In this document: in pieces, positions 10,635 to 24,521 of the stretch
How positions within the stretch are numbered: position 1 is the first letter of the stretch
Layout: each line of letters opens with the position of its first letter
Origin: Dehalococcoidia bacterium
GTDB lineage: Bacteria; Chloroflexota; Dehalococcoidia; UBA2979
Direction: 5' to 3'
DNA length: 64,000 nucleotides
Assembly: GCA_965219085.1 (NCBI GenBank)
Contig: OZ244720.1
Location: 2,880,001 to 2,944,000, forward strand
Notes under the pieces: generated by a model
Seen by the model: the letters and a program-made list of their open reading frames with translations, nothing else
What the model was told of the DNA's origin: nothing
Databases searched by the model: none
Position numbers and translations under genes: made by a program

Positions 10635-10805
10635 CTAGGAGGCTTCCGCTTCCTCGGGGTTGAGGTACCTCTCGGGGTTGCCGATGAAGCGGTTCCGGCA
10701 GCCGATGTCGTTGAAGCGGTACCACTTCCCGTCGCTGTGGAACCAGCGGAAGTTGCTGCTGTCGTCGTCGGTGACCTCGGTGCCGCAGACTATGCAGTCA
10801 GCCAT
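10635..10805 (-). CDS. YHS/TRASH-like small metal-binding protein (56 aa)
   Basis: MADCIVCGTEV...DGKWYRFNDIGCRNRFIGNPERYL; GGAGG RBS. Confidence 0.8.
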   Translation of the reverse strand: MADCIVCGTEVTDDDSSNFRWFHSDGKWYRFNDIGCRNRFIGNPERYLNPEEAEAS

Positions 10806-10924
10806 AGCGGGACTCCCTCCGTAACGTAGAGCGATGCTCTCTTCAGCGCGACGATACACCGCACGCGTGAGCCCTGTGAAGGGGTCGCGCCGCGTGGCCG
10901 CGATCACCCCGCAACCAGGTGGCC

Positions 10925-11494
10925 TCACTCGATCGTGAACGGAGCCCGCATCCCGAGTTCGTAGTGCGCGGGGATGTTGCAGATCAGCACGTAGCTCCCG
11001 GGCTCGAGGCTGGCCGTGAGGCTCACGGTCGTGCCTGCCGCGGTCTCCAGGACCTTCTCCACCACCTCGACATCGCCACCGGTCACTGCCACGCCGCCCT
11101 GGACGGGCAGTGCGTCGTACGCGTGCGCGGCGCGAAGGACCCAGAGATCGTGCACGACCGCGCCTTCGTTGATCATCTCGAAGGTGACTTCGCCTGCCGC
11201 TATGGAAGGGAGGCCCGTCCCGAAGGCCCACTCGATGCCCACGACGATCACCACGCCGCGAGCCGCGGTTTGCTGGAGCTCCTCTGCCCGGGCAGTCGCC
11301 GCGTCCGCCGACGTAGCGCCCGTTGGCGTCGCGGCCGGCGTGGCCGGCGTGGGAGTCACCGTTGGCGTGGCCGTCGAGGTGTCGGCTCGCGGCGCCGGCG
11401 TCGTCCCCGTGTTCTCGGAGCCGGCGCAGCCGGCGGACAGCGCCAACGCGATGAGCAGCGTCATGGTCGCGAAGCGGCCCGACCATCGCAGCAT
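10925..11494 (-). CDS. Cupredoxin (sulfocyanin/auracyanin-like) lipoprotein
   Basis: Lipobox-like LSAGC, Thr/Pro/Ala linker, type-1 Cu ligands H...C-NIPA-H-YELG-M. Confidence 0.82.
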   Translation of the reverse strand: MLRWSGRFATMTLLIALALSAGCAGSENTGTTPAPRADTSTATPTVTPTPATPAATPTGATSADAATARAEELQQTAARGVVIVVGIEWAFGTGLPSIAAGEVTFEMINEGAVVHDLWVLRAAHAYDALPVQGGVAVTGGDVEVVEKVLETAAGTTVSLTASLEPGSYVLICNIPAHYELGMRAPFTIE

Positions 11495-11621
11495 GAGACC
11501 TCCCTGCCACTCAGGCGGCCGTCGGACCGCCCCTACCAGAATACGGGGCATTGCTCAGTAAGCGACCGGGGTCGGTTCCGCGGGCTTGTTGGTACGATGT
11601 AGTGAGGGACAAGGAGCCTCG

Positions 11622-12167
11622 ATGGTCGCGTCAGCACGCCAGGGCACGGTGCACCAGCTCAACGTCTCCGGCGGCGGCGTGCCCAAGCTGCCCGTCGAGG
11701 AGGCGCGTGTGTACCTCGAGGGCATGGGCGGCGACGCCCAGGCCGACCGCCGCCACCACGGCGGGCCGGAGCGCGCGCTCTGCCTGTTCGCCCTCGAACG
11801 CATCGAGGAGTTCCAGGCGGAGGGCCATCCCATCGCGCCCGGCAGCACCGGCGAGAACGTCACGATTGCGGGCCTCGACTGGTCGCGCGTGGTGCCCGGC
11901 GCACGGCTGCGGCTCGGCGGCGAGGTGCTGGTCGAGGTCAGCTCCTACACCGCGCCGTGCAACAAGAACGCGCAGTGGTTCGCGGGTGGGGACTTCAACC
12001 GCATGAACCACCAGCTCCACCCCGGCTGCAGCCGCGTCTATGCGCGCGTGCTCGAGGAGGGCATGCTGCGCAGCGGCGACGCCGTCGAACTCATCGAGGA
12101 GCGTGCGGCGGACCGGGTCTGGCGAGCGCAGCCCACCACGTACCGCTGGTCGCCACCCGGCGAGTAA
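11622..12167 (+). CDS. MOSC domain protein
   Basis: NVSGGGVPK, HHGGPERALCLF, GENVT, APCNK, RVLEEG; AAGGAG RBS. Confidence 0.88.
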   Translation: MVASARQGTVHQLNVSGGGVPKLPVEEARVYLEGMGGDAQADRRHHGGPERALCLFALERIEEFQAEGHPIAPGSTGENVTIAGLDWSRVVPGARLRLGGEVLVEVSSYTAPCNKNAQWFAGGDFNRMNHQLHPGCSRVYARVLEEGMLRSGDAVELIEERAADRVWRAQPTTYRWSPPGE

Positions 12168-12189
12168 GGCTGAGGCCAGGAGGCGCGGA

Positions 12190-13083
12190 ATGGCTGAGAC
12201 CGAGGCACTGCGTCGACTCGAGGATGTCGGGACGTTGCACAAGCCGCTGCTGGTGGCGTCCTTCGTGCGCAAGAACGGGATCAACACCACGGCCGCGGCG
12301 GCGCTGATGCACCGCATCCGCTCGCACGAGCTGCAGCCGATCGCCCAGTTCGACCCGCAGCCGTTCTTCGACTTCACGCAGTCGCGCCCCCAGTCGCGGA
12401 TGGAGGGCGACGAGCGCGTCATCGAGTGGCCGCGCAACCGCGTCCACCTCGAACGGGCCGCCGAAGGCGGGCGTGACGCGCTCATCGTCTCCGGCATCGA
12501 GCCACACCTGCGGTGGCGCGACTTCAGCCGCGAGCTGAGCGCGTTCGCGCTCTCGCTGGGCGTCGAGGCCGTGCTGATCCTGCGCTCGTTCCCGGCGAAC
12601 GTGCCGCACACGCGACCGGTGCTGCTGCGGCTCACCACGACCAGCGAGGAGCTCTCGGGCGAGATGGGCCTGGCGCAACTCCAACCCTCGTACGAGGGCC
12701 CGATCGACATCGGCGAGGTGGTCGCGACCGAGCTGGCTGCCAGTGGCGCCTCCATCGGCGGCATGACCGCGCTCGTGCCCAACTACCTCGGCGTCGTGCC
12801 GAACCCGATGGCGGTGCTTGGTATCACCCGCACGCTCGACCGCCTGCTCGGCGCGGAGACGCCGACGGGCGAGTACGAGGAGGCGTCCGCCAGCGTGCGG
12901 GCGCAGGCCGACGAGCAGATGCAAGTCTCGGCCGAGGTGCGCGAGGCCGTGGAGGCGATGGAGGAGCAATACGAATCGATCGCCGGCGCCGCGAACGACG
13001 ACGACTCGGAACTCCCGTCCGTCAGCGACATCCTCGAGGACGTCGAGCGCTTCCTTTCGAACGAGGGCGATAGCCCGGCCTGA
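12190..13083 (+). CDS. PAC2 family (proteasome assembly chaperone-like) protein
   Basis: FFDFTQSRP, GIEPHLRW, VPHTRP, YEGP, VPNY and C-terminal VERFL pattern typical of PAC2. Confidence 0.8.
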   Translation: MAETEALRRLEDVGTLHKPLLVASFVRKNGINTTAAAALMHRIRSHELQPIAQFDPQPFFDFTQSRPQSRMEGDERVIEWPRNRVHLERAAEGGRDALIVSGIEPHLRWRDFSRELSAFALSLGVEAVLILRSFPANVPHTRPVLLRLTTTSEELSGEMGLAQLQPSYEGPIDIGEVVATELAASGASIGGMTALVPNYLGVVPNPMAVLGITRTLDRLLGAETPTGEYEEASASVRAQADEQMQVSAEVREAVEAMEEQYESIAGAANDDDSELPSVSDILEDVERFLSNEGDSPA

Positions 13084-13323
13084 CGCTCCAGCGGCCACCT
13101 CTGAACAGCGCCCGCCTGGAGCCGCGCCTGAGGCCTTCGACGTCCGCGCCGGGCGATCCTCTTGGCGTGCCCGCAACCGCTCTCGCTCGCGCCCGGAGCC
13201 AATGAAAGCGCTGCGGGGCGGCATCGACGAGGCGCTGATCCGCCGAGTCCGGGAGCGGCTGCTGGAGCGGTAACCGGCGGGACGACGTGCGGCCTCCCTG
13301 CTAGCATGGACTTCCGCCCACAA

Positions 13324-13398
13324 GCGGGAGTAGCTCAGGGGTAGAGCATCTGCTTCCCAAGCAGAGGGTCGTGGGTTCGAATCCCATCTCCCGCTCCA
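13324..13398 (+). tRNA. tRNA-Gly (CCC)
   Basis: GCGGGAG acceptor stem, anticodon arm TCTGC-TTCCCAA-GCAGA, GGTTCGAATCC, encoded CCA. Confidence 0.97.
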
Positions 13399-13432
13399 CA
13401 CACCATCGCTCGACGCCACCGGCGCGCGTGAC

Positions 13433-13657
13433 GTGACGCGCGAGGTTGGCCTCGTGCTGATCGTCGTGGGCGCGGTCGTCGCTGGCGCCGGCGTGCTCGC
13501 GCTCACGGGCGCGCTCGGCTGGTTCGGCAACCTGCCCGGCGACCTGCGGTTCGAGCGCGGCAACGGCAGCGTGCGCGTCTACGTCCCGCTCGCGTCGATG
13601 CTCGTGGTCTCCGTCGTGCTGTCGTTGTTGCTGGCCCTGCTGCGGCGCCTGTTCTGA
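13433..13657 (+). CDS. DUF2905 family membrane protein
   Basis: GNLPGDLRFER...VYVPLASMLVVS between two TMs. Confidence 0.82.
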   Translation: MTREVGLVLIVVGAVVAGAGVLALTGALGWFGNLPGDLRFERGNGSVRVYVPLASMLVVSVVLSLLLALLRRLF

Positions 13658-13682
13658 CGCCCGGCCGACGGTGGATGCGCGT

Positions 13683-15119
13683 TCAGGCGGCGGACCGGAA
13701 CGCCTCGCCACGCGGCGCGCGGGTGATGGCCACGAACACCAGCGCGAGGATGTTCGACACGCCGAGTGCGGCGAACGCCGGCTCGTAGCTCCCGGTCCAG
13801 TCCCGGATCGACGCGACCACGATCGGGCCCAGCACGACGCTCGCTGTTGCCACCGGCGTCATCAACCCGCGAATGGTCGCGAACCACTCGCGGCCGAAGT
13901 AGTCGGCCTGGAGGGCCGGGATGAGCGGGAGCACGCCTGAGTACGTGGGCGAGTAGAGCACGAGGAAGAACACGATCCCGATGTTCCCGCCCAACGCCGT
14001 AAAGAGGATGATGCCGACCGACTGGAAGGCGAAGCAGAAGCCGATCACGAACCGTTTGTCGTAGCGGTCACCCAGCCACGCGAAGCCGACGCGGCCCGGC
14101 GTGCCGATCAGCGCCATCAGGCTGAGGATCCCCGCCGCAGCCGAAAGCGACATGCCGCGCTCCTCGAGCAGCGGGATCAGGAACAGCGCCACGGACCCGG
14201 TCACGAAGTGCCGGGCCGCGAACATGAGCGCGATGCTCCAGAAGGCTTGCGTCTTCATCGCCTCCCACGGCGAGTAGGTCACCTCCTGAGGCGCCTCGGC
14301 GCCCGGGAAGTCGCCGTCGCCGGAGCGGTCCTCGGGCTTGTCCCCATCCGGGAGGTAGCCGTAGTCCTCGGGCCGGTGACGGATCACGAACGAGAGCGGG
14401 ATGCCGACGACCCAGATGGTCGCGCCGGCGAACACCAGCGCCTGGCGCCACCCGACCGCCTCGATGAGCCAGGCCAGCGGCAACGCCAGGATGCCCCCGA
14501 AGCTCAGGCCCAGGTTCATCACCCCGTGCGCAGTGGCGCGACGCCGATAGAACCAGTTGGTCACGGCGGCCATGGGCGCATTGCCCATTCCGGCGCTGAC
14601 GCCACCCTGCACCAGGAAGATGAAGATGATGTAGAAGTAGACGACCGACATCGTCTGCCCGAGCAGGATGAACCCGAGCCCGCTCAGCACCACGCCAATC
14701 AGCACGAGCTTCTGCGAGCCGTACTTGTCGATGAGGAAGCCTACGCCCGGCGCGAGGACACCACCCTGGATCCTCGCGAGCGACAGGGCCGCGCCGAGCG
14801 CGGCCGCACTCCATCCGAGGTCGTCCTTGATCGAGTTGAAGAAGACGCCCATCCCGTAGTACGAGAACGCGCCCATCAGGGCCATGATGGCGGTGCCCGA
14901 GAGGACTACCCACCAGCCGTAGAAGATCACCGGCCGGCGTCTCAGGAAGGACCGCCCGCCGGGCCGCTCCGGCCCGCCGGTCCCGTCCGCGCCGCCGGTC
15001 CCGTCCGCGCCGCCGGTCCCGTCCGCTGGCGCCGCGACCGCCGGACGCGTCGAATCGCTCGCGGCGGGCTCGCTGCCGCTTGCGGTCGGTGGGCGTCCGG
15101 CCGGGTCGTTCGCGCTCAT
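13683..15119 (-). CDS. MFS transporter
   Basis: About 12 TMs, IFYGWWVV, GFLIDKYG, WLGDRY, ADYFGR. Confidence 0.9.
   Translation of the reverse strand: MSANDPAGRPPTASGSEPAASDSTRPAVAAPADGTGGADGTGGADGTGGPERPGGRSFLRRRPVIFYGWWVVLSGTAIMALMGAFSYYGMGVFFNSIKDDLGWSAAALGAALSLARIQGGVLAPGVGFLIDKYGSQKLVLIGVVLSGLGFILLGQTMSVVYFYIIFIFLVQGGVSAGMGNAPMAAVTNWFYRRRATAHGVMNLGLSFGGILALPLAWLIEAVGWRQALVFAGATIWVVGIPLSFVIRHRPEDYGYLPDGDKPEDRSGDGDFPGAEAPQEVTYSPWEAMKTQAFWSIALMFAARHFVTGSVALFLIPLLEERGMSLSAAAGILSLMALIGTPGRVGFAWLGDRYDKRFVIGFCFAFQSVGIILFTALGGNIGIVFFLVLYSPTYSGVLPLIPALQADYFGREWFATIRGLMTPVATASVVLGPIVVASIRDWTGSYEPAFAALGVSNILALVFVAITRAPRGEAFRSAA
14974..15026. repeat. 18-bp tandem repeat x3 (ADGTGG) in MFS N-terminus
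   Basis: CCGCCGGTCCCGTCCGCG repeated three times. Confidence 0.9.
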
Positions 15120-15147
15120 CGCGCGCGCCCGCTCCGCCTCGACGCGA

Positions 15148-16584
15148 TCACGCGGTGGCCGGTAGCAGCCACGTCGAGCGCTGCTGGAACTCGCGGGCCT
15201 TGCGCAGCGCTATCGCGCCGCGCTCCATGCTCAGGAAGCAGGGCAACCCGGCGTCCAGGAACGCCCTCGCCACCGCGTTGACGTCGACGCCCTCGACGTA
15301 CGGGATGTCCGTGCTCAGCACCGTCACGATCGGCTTGCCCGGCTGCTGGTCCTGCACCGTGCGCAGCACCTTGATGCGCTCGTCGAGCGTGTCGGGATCC
15401 TCCTTGACCGCGCCCGCGCCGAACTCGACCACCATCACGTCGAAGCCCTCGTCGCGACCGAGCACGCCGAGCGTCCGTTCGAGGAGCTCGGGGCCGCGCA
15501 CGCTGGGCCCCTCGAAGGGGTTGCTGAAGCTGCCTCCCATGATATCGGCGTACGAGGCGATCTCCTCGAGCGACGCGTCGCTGGGCGAGGGAATCCGGAA
15601 CCCCTGCTGGCCGAACACGTCGGCGATCTTGCCCGAGTGCCCGCCGGAGACCGCGATCAGCGCCGCGTCGACGCCCGGGTCGCCCACGTAGCGCAGCGCC
15701 ATCGCCGTCTCCAGCATCTCCTCGATGCTCGACACCTTGATGGCGCCGCAGACCGTCAGCATCGCGTCCCAGAGCTCGGCCGGGACGGCCTCGCTGCGCG
15801 TGTGTGCGAAGCCCGCGCGGGCCGACTCGGAGGTGCTGCCCACCTTCCAGACGAGCACGGGCTTGCGGGCGGCCGCGTCGCGCAGCGCGTCGAAGAACGC
15901 CGAGCCGTCGTTCACGCCCTCGAGGTACATGCCGATCACCTCGGTCGCATCGTCGGCGGCGTAGTAGCGCAGGTAGTCGGTCGCGTCCACGACGGTGCCG
16001 TTGCCGAAGCTGACGCCCTTCGACACTTCGATGCCGTTGGCCGGGGCGGCCGACGCGATGCTCATCGAGGTGGTGCCGCTCTGCGAGAGATAGCTGAAGT
16101 ACCCGCCGCTCCCGCCGTGCGGCAGGTCCCGGCCCGGCCGGATGCCGAGCGCCGGGTTGTAGAGACCCATGCAGTTGGGCCCGATCACGAGGAAGTCGCC
16201 CTCGGTCGCGATGTTCCGCACGGCTTCCTCGAGCTGCTGGCCCATGTCCGTGCCGGTCTCGGCGAACCCCGCGGCGAAGATGTGGGCTCCTCCCACGCCC
16301 TTCGCAGCGCAGTCCCGCAGCACTGCGGGCACCACCGTGCTGGGTACCGAGATCGCTACGTAGTCCACCGGCTCCGGGATGTCGAGCAGGCTGGCCACGT
16401 TCGGGAATCCCAGCTCCTCGGCGCCCGGCCACTCACGCTCGTCGATGTTGACGTGGTAGATCTTGCCGAACTCCGTGAACGGCCCATGTGCGTGCAGCCA
16501 CATGTAGTCGTTGTCCTGTTTCGCCCCTACGACCGCGAGCACCTTCGGGTGGAATACGCGGTCAAGCCCGGCCTGGATGTCCAT
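15148..16584 (-). CDS. CoA-binding acyl-CoA synthetase (NDP-forming) alpha-like protein
   Basis: LDRVFHPKVLAVVGA, GPNCMGLY, SQSG, SFGN, MYLEG, KPVLVWKVG...HT; no ATP-grasp domain in this ORF. Confidence 0.85.
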   Translation of the reverse strand: MDIQAGLDRVFHPKVLAVVGAKQDNDYMWLHAHGPFTEFGKIYHVNIDEREWPGAEELGFPNVASLLDIPEPVDYVAISVPSTVVPAVLRDCAAKGVGGAHIFAAGFAETGTDMGQQLEEAVRNIATEGDFLVIGPNCMGLYNPALGIRPGRDLPHGGSGGYFSYLSQSGTTSMSIASAAPANGIEVSKGVSFGNGTVVDATDYLRYYAADDATEVIGMYLEGVNDGSAFFDALRDAAARKPVLVWKVGSTSESARAGFAHTRSEAVPAELWDAMLTVCGAIKVSSIEEMLETAMALRYVGDPGVDAALIAVSGGHSGKIADVFGQQGFRIPSPSDASLEEIASYADIMGGSFSNPFEGPSVRGPELLERTLGVLGRDEGFDVMVVEFGAGAVKEDPDTLDERIKVLRTVQDQQPGKPIVTVLSTDIPYVEGVDVNAVARAFLDAGLPCFLSMERGAIALRKAREFQQRSTWLLPATA

Positions 16585-16760
16585 GGTTGCCCCTCCGGCT
16601 GCGCGCGGCGCATTGCCCCCGTGCCACACACGACCTTTGGGGGACTTTACACCCGACGCGCCCGCACGGGTGTTCAGGCTCCGATCGGCGCCCCGATCGC
16701 GTTGAGACAGCCCGGTTGCGGGGGCCGGTCGGGAGTGCGGTGCGTGGTGCGTGGTAGGTG

Positions 16761-16844
16761 TGGTACCGGGGGAGGGGGTCGAACCCTCACGCCTTGCGGC
16801 CGCGAGTTTTAAGCCCGCTGCGTCTGCCATTCCGCCACCCCGGC
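16761..16844 (-). tRNA. tRNA-Leu (TAA)
   Basis: Reverse strand GCCGGGGTGGCGGAATGGCAGACGC, anticodon loop CT-TAA-AA, long variable arm, GGTTCGACCCC, CCA end. Confidence 0.96.
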
Positions 16845-16881
16845 GGGTGTGACCTCGATCATACGCCCGTGGCGCGAGCCC

Positions 16882-18135
16882 CTACGGCGGTATCGATTGC
16901 GCGGCCGGCGTCACGAAGTCGCTGACCGTCCCCGGGCGCATCCCGGCGGCTTGCAGCGCGGCGCACAGCTCCTCGAATGCCTCCTCGCCGGCGATGTCGA
17001 GGCGGAAGCTCAGCAGCGCGGCGCCCACGGGCAGGTGGGTGTCGACGAGGTCATGCTCGACCTCGATCACGTTCACGCCCTGCGCCGCGATGATGCGGCT
17101 GATGCGCGCCAGCTCGCCCGGCGCGTGCGCCGTCGCGAACGTCAGCGAGCGACGCCGCCCCTCGCCGGTCAGGCCGCGCTCCACGATGCGGTCGAGGAGG
17201 TTGATGTCGACGTTGCCGCCGGACAGCACGGGCACCATCGGCCCGTCCGCCTCGACGACACCCGCGAGCAGCGCGGTGATGCCGAGCGCTCCGGCGCCCT
17301 CGATCACGAACTTGGTGCGCTCGATCAGCAGCACCATCGTGCGGGCGATGTCCTCCTCGTGGACGGCCACCACGTCGTCGACGTAGCGCTCGATGAGCTC
17401 GAGCGTGAGCGCCGAGGGGCCCGCCACAGCCGCGCCGTCGGCCAGCGTCTGCACGTACGGCACCGTTCGCGGGGCCCCCGCAAGCAGCGAGGCCACGATG
17501 CCCGGCATCGCCTGCGACTGCGCGCCGATGACGCGGATGTCGGGCCGCAGCGACTTCACGGCGAGCGCCACGCCCGCCAGTAGTCCGCCCCCGCCCGCCG
17601 GCACGATCACCGTCGTCGCCTCCGGCGCCTGCTCAATGACCTCGAGGCCGAGCGTGGCCTGCCCGGCGACGATGGCCGGGTTGTCGAACGGCGGGACGAA
17701 GAGCAGGTCACGCTCGGCGGCTCGCTCCTGCGCGCGCTCGATGCAGTCCTCGAGCGGGCCGTCGACCAGGATGACCTCGGCGCCGTAGCCGCGGGTCGCG
17801 GCCTGCTTGGCCAGCGGCGCGTTCGCGGGCATCACGACGGTGGCGGCGATGCCGCGCTCGGCGGCCGCCAGCGCGACGCCCTGCGCGTGGTTGCCGGCGC
17901 TGGCGGCGATCACCCCTCGTGGTGTCGTTGTCAGCGAGCCGAGCATGTTCGACGCGCCACGGAACTTGAACGAGCCGCCGCGTTGCAGGTGCTCGCACTT
18001 CAGCAGCACGGGCACGCCCGCGAGGTTCGACAGCGATACGCTCGGCCACATCGGCGTCACGCGCGCTGCCGAGGCGATACGCTTCCGCGCCGCGTGCACG
18101 TCCTCGATCGTGACGGTGTCGGGCGTGGTGCTCAT
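16882..18135 (-). CDS. ilvA: Threonine ammonia-lyase (medium form, C-terminal ACT domain)
   Basis: KCEHLQRGGSFKFRGA, ASAGNHAQG, GGGGL, SGGNVD. Confidence 0.9.
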   Translation of the reverse strand: MSTTPDTVTIEDVHAARKRIASAARVTPMWPSVSLSNLAGVPVLLKCEHLQRGGSFKFRGASNMLGSLTTTPRGVIAASAGNHAQGVALAAAERGIAATVVMPANAPLAKQAATRGYGAEVILVDGPLEDCIERAQERAAERDLLFVPPFDNPAIVAGQATLGLEVIEQAPEATTVIVPAGGGGLLAGVALAVKSLRPDIRVIGAQSQAMPGIVASLLAGAPRTVPYVQTLADGAAVAGPSALTLELIERYVDDVVAVHEEDIARTMVLLIERTKFVIEGAGALGITALLAGVVEADGPMVPVLSGGNVDINLLDRIVERGLTGEGRRRSLTFATAHAPGELARISRIIAAQGVNVIEVEHDLVDTHLPVGAALLSFRLDIAGEEAFEELCAALQAAGMRPGTVSDFVTPAAQSIPP

Positions 18136-18182
18136 GGATCCATGATGGCACGCGTCGTGCCGGGCGGAGCGACCGGGCAGTG

Positions 18183-18554
18183 CTACCGCCGCACGGGCCG
18201 GAACTGCGCGTACAGGACGCCGATGACCCCGCCGGCGAGTCCCAGGACGACGGCCTCGCCGCCCACGCCGCCGGGCTGGTCGGCGAAGACCGTCGAAGAC
18301 GGCCACTGGTCCATGCTCACGAGCACCAGCCAGCCGACGATCCAGCCGATTGCGCCGTCGCTTGCGCTGACGAGGAGTTCGGGCGTCGTGAGCCGGTTTC
18401 CGGCGGCGTAGCGGGCGAAGGCCGGCCCGGTCGCGCCGATGAGCAGCGGGAAGAGGTGGTATGTCGTGCCGTCGGCGAGCGAGGTGATGACCACCCACGC
18501 CACGGTCGCGATCGTCACCGCCACGGTCCCAGCGACGATCGGCGCTACGCGCAC
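18183..18554 (-). CDS. Hypothetical membrane protein (about 4 TM)
   Basis: Hydrophobic 123-aa ORF fitting the gap between ilvA and the PPOX gene. Confidence 0.6.
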   Translation of the reverse strand: MRVAPIVAGTVAVTIATVAWVVITSLADGTTYHLFPLLIGATGPAFARYAAGNRLTTPELLVSASDGAIGWIVGWLVLVSMDQWPSSTVFADQPGGVGGEAVVLGLAGGVIGVLYAQFRPVRR

Positions 18555-18610
18555 GTGGAGGCCCTTCCGGTCATCGGTCGTTGGTCCACGCGGTCACGGT
18601 ACCACGGGGG

Positions 18611-19045
18611 TTACACGTCGGCGGCGTAGTCCCACGACACGATGTGCTCGGGCCGCACGCGGAACACGACGGTGCCGGGCGAGCCGTCGCGGTACGGCTC
18701 GGCGAAGGCGTTGCCCTCCTCCTCGCCGTAGTAGCGCGTGGCCATGCGCCGCGCGACCTCGTACAGCGGGTCGTCTTCCTCGGTGACCTCTTCGGCGGGG
18801 CCATCGATGACGGCGCACGCGTACGGCGGCTCGCGGTCGTCGATGCAGACCGAGGCGTGGGGGACGCGCTGGATGTTGCGCCACTTGAGGCTGGAGCGGC
18901 CGGTGAAGATCAGCACCGAGCCGTCGCGCCACTCGTACCAGACGGGCGCCGAGCGCGGATGCCCACGCCGATCGACCGTCGAGACGACGGCCATCTTGGC
19001 GCCCTCGGTCAGGAACTGTTCGAGCCGGGCTTCGTCCATCGGCAA
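18611..19045 (-). CDS. PPOX-class (pyridoxamine 5'-phosphate oxidase-like) F420-dependent oxidoreductase
   Basis: AVVSTVDRRGHPRSAPVWY, SLKWRNIQRVP, VFRVRPEHIVSWD. Confidence 0.85.
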   Translation of the reverse strand: MPMDEARLEQFLTEGAKMAVVSTVDRRGHPRSAPVWYEWRDGSVLIFTGRSSLKWRNIQRVPHASVCIDDREPPYACAVIDGPAEEVTEEDDPLYEVARRMATRYYGEEEGNAFAEPYRDGSPGTVVFRVRPEHIVSWDYAADV

Positions 19046-19200
19046 GGTGCACCTCCGTCTGTGCGATAGGGCATGATGCGCCTGCAGCCGCCGGGCGCAA
19101 CACCGCGGCCTCGCGCGGGCGATCCAGGTCAGAAGTACATGTCACGAAGCGAGCCGTCTTCAATCAAAACGGCTGTTACTGCTTCCCAGTGGTAGCGCCC

Positions 19201-19587
19201 TCACCAGAGACGCATCACACCGTAGCTGTCGAAGGACGTCTCGTTGGAGACGAGTACCAGCTCGCGACTGATTGCCTGTGCGATGAGCATGCGGTCGAAC
19301 GGGTCGCGGTGCAGACCCGCCAGCGCCCCGGCGCGCACACCATCCTCGACGGTCACGGATAGCTTCTCGAAGCGCTGACTGGCGATGTACTCGGGAATGT
19401 TGAGAGCCAGAGTGTCCACGCCACGCAACCGCCCCAGCCGGCGCTTGGTCGCGATCTCCCAGGCGGATGCGGCGCTGACGAGTACGTCGTTCGACTCCTC
19501 TGATATCGCTGCTCGGGCCGGCGCCGGCAGATGGTCGCTGCCTTCGAACCACCAGATGAAGGCGTGAGTGTCGAGGAGGAGGCGCAA
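19201..19587 (-). CDS. vapC: Type II toxin VapC (PIN domain)
   Basis: LLLDTHAFIWW, VSAASAWEIATK, HRDPFDRMLIAQA. Confidence 0.92.
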   Translation of the reverse strand: MRLLLDTHAFIWWFEGSDHLPAPARAAISEESNDVLVSAASAWEIATKRRLGRLRGVDTLALNIPEYIASQRFEKLSVTVEDGVRAGALAGLHRDPFDRMLIAQAISRELVLVSNETSFDSYGVMRLW

Positions 19588-19590
19588 GAT

Positions 19591-19824
19591 CTAGGCGCCC
19601 TCCCAGGCGGCGAGTTCCGATTCGGGGAGAGGATCGAAGAAGCTGTCGTCGAGCTTGATTCGCCCCCTGAGTGTGCCGAATTGGCGCTTGCCCGGCGGCT
19701 CGAAGGCCACAAGCCGCGCCACAGGCTTGCCGTTCCGCGCAATCACGACATCCTCACCGGCCTCAACTTGCGCCAACAGGCGCGACAGGTTGCTCTTCGC
19801 TTCGTGAACGTTAACCGTCGTCAT
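19591..19824 (-). CDS. Phd/YefM-type antitoxin
   Basis: VNVHEAKSNLSRLL...GEDVVIARNGKPVARL; directly upstream of vapC. Confidence 0.92.
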   Translation of the reverse strand: MTTVNVHEAKSNLSRLLAQVEAGEDVVIARNGKPVARLVAFEPPGKRQFGTLRGRIKLDDSFFDPLPESELAAWEGA

Positions 19825-20014
19825 TCGCGGTGCTCCTGCTCCACCGTAGTCTAGCTAACCTGCGGGCTAATGCAAATGCGTGCGGACACCAGCGCCTCCA
19901 CCCCTTCAGGGGCACGACTTCTGATTCCAGGATCATCCGTGAGCGTCTACCCTTCTGACAGTGATCGCGGGTTGAGTCGCAGGCCACGGAGGCGTAGGCT
20001 GCGAGGGCACACAT

Positions 20015-20028
20015 CGCACGCATGTTCG
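20015..20028. promoter_or_regulatory. Putative LexA (SOS) box upstream of lhr
   Basis: CGCAC-GCAT-GTTCG, one mismatch to CGAAC-N4-GTTCG; lies between a TAGGCT -10-like hexamer (19995-20000) and the RBS. Confidence 0.5.
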
Positions 20029-20041
20029 TCGAGGTGACAAC

Positions 20042-24427
<4,386 letters not shown>

Positions 24428-24521
24428 GCGGCGACATCCGCGACAGAACCGGTAAACTGATCCGCGCGGGCTTGCGGCGCGCGAGGGCGCACGCAACGCC
24501 GCATGGGTGAGGAGGCAAGCG

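Noticed and set aside
13324-16844. Genomic island between the two converging tRNAs
   Set aside because: No integrase or duplicated tRNA 3' end seen; the enclosed genes look like ordinary host genes
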